Shown: one piece after another, positions 62,301 to 64,000 of the stretch | How positions within the stretch are numbered: the stretch's first letter is position 1 | How the letters are laid out: each line of letters opens with the position of its first letter | Origin: Lytechinus pictus | Lineage: Eukaryota | Assembly: GCF_037042905.1 (NCBI RefSeq) | Contig: NC_087246.1 | Location: 2,296,001-2,360,000, forward strand | Length of the DNA stretch: 64,000 bases | Direction of reading: 5' to 3' | The notes under the pieces: model-generated | Database searches by the model: none | What the model saw: the letters and a program-made list of their open reading frames with translations, nothing else | What the model was told of the DNA's origin: nothing | Translations under genes and position numbers: made by a program

Positions 62301-63790
62301 ATAAAACAAAGTAGGTAATTGTACAAAAATGTATGCAAATGGGATTTGATCTTCTCTGAAAACATTTAATTCTGTAGGTTTAATTCAGGGAAGCCAAACT
62401 TGCAAAAAAATGTCATTACTTTAAGGGAAGAATACATTGCATTGGGAGAAAAAAAGCAGTATTTCCAAGTTTCCTGCTACAGACATGAATGTGGAATATC
62501 ATTGTAGAAAAAGGTATTTTTCATATCAACTGCAGTATTTTTATTTTCATATATAAAACCAGTACAAAAGTTGTGATGTATAATAATGACATCATTCTCA
62601 CTAGAGAGGAGATTGTTACCTTTATGTTGTTGAAGTAGATGCCTGAGTAAAGAGACAAGAACAACATTGATAACTTCACTATATGATTTATATGGAAGAG
62701 TCTTCTTTGATCCTGGTTGAAGTGCATACTGATGAGCAATCCCATCAAGGCTCTGTAACAGACTTCTACTGATCATCTTTTGACACTAAAAATATATAAA
62801 AACAATGGAACAAATGAAATAGATTTGATGTCTAATCTGCAGATAATAATTCAGTGTGATACAGAATGTGCTATACATTGATAGAATTAACATTAACAGA
62901 AACAAATCCAGAAATGGAAATGAAATACAAATGTAAATGAAATGTATATGCTGTAACTGAAATAATTTCATAGAACAGAAACAATATGATTTATTGATCA
63001 AACATAGAAATATGTTCAGAATTATATTTTCCCCAGACATTGACAAAAGACTTACCACCTAAGTGAAAGATAAAATGAAGCCTTTATAATTATACAAATG
63101 GCTATTATTTCTTCTACACTAACTATACGCCTCCATGAGAATCACGTTTAGAGGTCACTACAGGCATGTGGCAGCTAAAAAGAGATAGACGCTAAAAAAT
63201 GTTCATTATACTATGATTTTATTAAATATACAGTGTGTATATTTGTAAAATAATTGTACCTTTCACCTCCGTGGAGAGGGGGGCAATCCACATTCAACTA
63301 ACGTGCAAAGTATCAATATTATTGTTTCCCAAACCAATTCTTACCACATTCAAGATAATCTGTAGCTGTTGAGTAGAAAGATCTAGGGATCCAACATGAG
63401 CTTCAGAGCTTCCACTCTCACACGTCTCTGTACTGATACCAAAACTTGATCCCACTACCGTCAGGAGATGGTGAGGTTCTTCTGCCACCCTCTCCTCCTG
63501 CGAGTCTATTCCAGGATGAGATGCATCCTGTCGGGTTCCATTGGCCTGCTGGAGTTTCTGTTTGATGACTGGTGAGACGATGAGTCGGAAGGAACTGTAC
63601 ATGGGTGATTCATGGTGCCTTGGTTGAGAGACTGCATCCAAACCAGATGAAGAGGGAGGGGTTTGAGAAGTAGTAAGCTTGGATGCAGGATACATCTGAC
63701 AGAGGAGAGAGCAGGAAGGGTCCTGGCTGCTGCGTCCGATGGCACGAGACATCCCCAGAAAGGCAGGCATGATGTGCTTGCATACTGTTA
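32317..63790 (-). CDS. PI4KA: Phosphatidylinositol 4-kinase alpha (PI4KIIIalpha), 35 exons in window, 5' part outside window
   Basis: 35 GT-AG exons total 5786 nt in one continuous frame. Motifs: [29 protein letters not shown] helical domain ([21 protein letters not shown]), kinase [36 protein letters not shown]-terminal [13 protein letters not shown] stop. Confidence 0.97.
33432..33515 (-). CDS. PI4KA: PI4KA exon
   Basis: [27 protein letters not shown]. Confidence 0.93.
33986..34075 (-). CDS. PI4KA: PI4KA exon
   Basis: [29 protein letters not shown]. Confidence 0.95.
34581..34740 (-). CDS. PI4KA: PI4KA exon (DFG)
   Basis: [23 protein letters not shown]...AYLAV. Confidence 0.96.
35438..35558 (-). 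CDS. PI4KA: PI4KA exon (catalytic loop)
   Basis: [13 protein letters not shown]...[11 protein letters not shown]...HI. Confidence 0.96.
35762..36621. mobile_element. Tc1/mariner-pogo-like MITE
   Basis: TA-GGGGAAGGCGGGGTAAGTTG ... CAACTTACCCCGCCTTCCCC-TA; perfect 20 bp TIR. Confidence 0.85.
37128..37253 (-). CDS. PI4KA: PI4KA exon
   Basis: [18 protein letters not shown]...AFQK. Confidence 0.95.
37897..38001 (-). CDS. PI4KA: PI4KA exon
   Basis: [15 protein letters not shown]...VVATSPG. Confidence 0.95.
38481..38646 (-). CDS. PI4KA: PI4KA exon
   Basis: [10 protein letters not shown]...[10 protein letters not shown]. Confidence 0.95.
39046..39355 (+). mobile_element. Non-LTR retrotransposon RT fragment (CR1/L2 group)
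   Basis: [17 protein letters not shown]...[17 protein letters not shown]...QFGFR...GVFLDLS. Confidence 0.9.
39515..39658 (-). CDS. PI4KA: PI4KA exon
   Basis: [12 protein letters not shown]...YLPSNPEA...SGTPMQ. Confidence 0.95.
40032..40161 (-). CDS. PI4KA: PI4KA exon
   Basis: EFADALESL...[19 protein letters not shown]. Confidence 0.93.
40406..40526 (-). CDS. PI4KA: PI4KA exon
   Basis: FGFVTELIL...[12 protein letters not shown]...KERD. Confidence 0.95.
41177..41356 (-). CDS. PI4KA: PI4KA exon
   Basis: [10 protein letters not shown]...[13 protein letters not shown]. Confidence 0.95.
41918..42050 (-). CDS. PI4KA: PI4KA exon
   Basis: [16 protein letters not shown]...DSDVAE. Confidence 0.93.
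42749..42933 (-). CDS. PI4KA: PI4KA exon
   Basis: [14 protein letters not shown]...LACQLPV. Confidence 0.93.
43372..43607 (-). CDS. PI4KA: PI4KA exon
   Basis: TEEVHTLG...[10 protein letters not shown]...[12 protein letters not shown]. Confidence 0.9.
43760..44612 (+). mobile_element. 5'-truncated LINE 3' end (CR1/L2 group)
   Basis: [17 protein letters not shown]...[10 protein letters not shown]...HTNPIF..LK C-terminal ORF2 motif, 3' UTR and TGAATAAATGAAATG tail. Confidence 0.85.
44625..44780 (-). mobile_element. Degenerate SINE fragment
   Basis: Minus strand GGTCGTGGGTTCAGTTCCTGGC B-box-like motif, then ATACCAAGACTTAAAAG core-like sequence. Confidence 0.45.
45175..45302 (-). CDS. PI4KA: PI4KA exon
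   Basis: VAPVCPTQ...[11 protein letters not shown]...TTAVVQ. Confidence 0.92.
45783..46042 (-). CDS. PI4KA: PI4KA exon
   Basis: [11 protein letters not shown]...GPRFRLL...AAFDFF. Confidence 0.93.
46408..46569 (-). CDS. PI4KA: PI4KA exon
   Basis: [11 protein letters not shown]...PHHIWTQ. Confidence 0.93.
46991..47118 (-). CDS. PI4KA: PI4KA exon
   Basis: [10 protein letters not shown]...[16 protein letters not shown]. Confidence 0.93.
47510..47669 (-). CDS. PI4KA: PI4KA exon
   Basis: VSGMQAIY...[12 protein letters not shown]. Confidence 0.88.
48132..48206 (-). CDS. PI4KA: PI4KA exon
   Basis: [25 protein letters not shown]. Confidence 0.88.
48538..48744 (-). CDS. PI4KA: PI4KA exon
   Basis: [10 protein letters not shown]...AMKWA...NKGLTAL. 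Confidence 0.92.
49158..49323 (-). CDS. PI4KA: PI4KA exon
   Basis: [11 protein letters not shown]...DTKESRE. Confidence 0.93.
49410..49950. mobile_element. Degenerate HINE-family copy
   Basis: TGACCTTGACC / AGTTCATTGACC motifs and CTTCTGCTTTGCAGGC end similar to 29965-30753. Confidence 0.45.
50035..50159 (-). CDS. PI4KA: PI4KA exon
   Basis: [23 protein letters not shown]...[10 protein letters not shown]. Confidence 0.93.
50584..50868 (-). CDS. PI4KA: PI4KA exon
   Basis: [11 protein letters not shown]...[10 protein letters not shown]...DIKAKM. Confidence 0.93.
51369..51505 (-). CDS. PI4KA: PI4KA exon
   Basis: [21 protein letters not shown]...NDSMTY. Confidence 0.94.
53762..55785. mobile_element. 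Non-autonomous hAT element
   Basis: CAGGGTTGTT ... AACAACCCTG with a perfect 8 bp TSD TAAGAACA (53754-53761, 55786-55793) and subterminal GATTTAAATC repeats. Confidence 0.9.
54705..55642. mobile_element. TTAA-TSD MITE (Kolobok-like) nested in the hAT element
   Basis: TTAA-GGACGTTCCACAGTTA ... TAACTGTGGAACGTCC-TTAA; perfect 16 bp TIR. Confidence 0.88.
57282..57390 (-). CDS. PI4KA: PI4KA exon
   Basis: [36 protein letters not shown]. Confidence 0.94.
57754..58221. mobile_element. hAT-like MITE
   Basis: CAGAGCTGCCAAGT ... ACTTGGCAGCTCTG flanked by duplicated GAATGG (6 bp). Confidence 0.8.
58466..58676 (-). CDS. PI4KA: PI4KA exon
   Basis: [14 protein letters not shown]...[12 protein letters not shown]. 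Confidence 0.94.
59064..59286. repeat. 73 bp tandem triplication covering a PI4KA exon 3' end and its donor site
   Basis: Units start at 59064, 59137 and 59210. Confidence 0.92.
59249..59352 (-). CDS. PI4KA: PI4KA exon
   Basis: [19 protein letters not shown]...SQRF. Confidence 0.88.
59614..59893 (-). CDS. PI4KA: PI4KA exon
   Basis: [10 protein letters not shown]...[24 protein letters not shown]. Confidence 0.92.
60410..60717 (-). CDS. PI4KA: PI4KA exon
   Basis: [10 protein letters not shown]...SLRDFL...AMSNLC. Confidence 0.92.
61132..61232 (-). CDS. PI4KA: PI4KA exon
   Basis: [13 protein letters not shown]...LLLCSLQ. Confidence 0.9.
61852..62046 (-). CDS. PI4KA: PI4KA exon
   Basis: [26 protein letters not shown]...WAANDET. 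Confidence 0.88.
62620..62785 (-). CDS. PI4KA: PI4KA exon
   Basis: [14 protein letters not shown]...LLQQHK. Confidence 0.88.
63345..63790 (-). CDS. PI4KA: PI4KA exon
   Basis: [19 protein letters not shown]...QLQIILNV; an alternative acceptor at 63784 is also in frame. Confidence 0.85.
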
Positions 63791-64000
63791 CTATACACAA
63801 TGGAAGATAACGAAACAAAGATTGATAGTAGACCTTCTTAACATATAGGAAAGAAAGATAAAACATTTTCTTTAGGGGCATGAGTGGCTTTTTGATGCTA
63901 ACGAAATCAAATGTAATATACTTTCAAATTTATACTAACAATACTGAGTACATTCACTGTGCATTTACAAGCAGATAACATTATTCTAGTCCAGAAAAAT

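Overview
AT-rich, intron-rich animal genomic DNA. The repeat families suggest an invertebrate deuterostome such as a sea urchin; this is an inference. Three spliced genes were reconstructed by hand with GT-AG junctions and consistent phases. (1) A complete TANGO2 orthologue on the minus strand (7 coding exons, 20849 to 3825, 278 aa) with an 11.7 kb first intron packed with nested transposons and long inverted repeats. (2) A 7-exon plus-strand gene almost invisible in the ORF track (23317-27391, 335 aa): signal peptide, two tandem transcobalamin-beta/DUF4430-like domains and a GPI-like hydrophobic tail, i.e. a candidate surface vitamin B12-binding protein lacking the alpha domain. (3) The last 35 coding exons of PI4KA on the minus strand (63790 to 32317, about 1927 aa; the 5' end lies outside the window). 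PI4KA introns hold three candidate unannotated frame-preserving small exons (3, 24 and 39 nt). The rest is MITEs (hAT, piggyBac, TTAA/Kolobok-like, pogo-like), Helentron-like repeats, tRNA-derived SINEs, LINE fragments and microsatellites.
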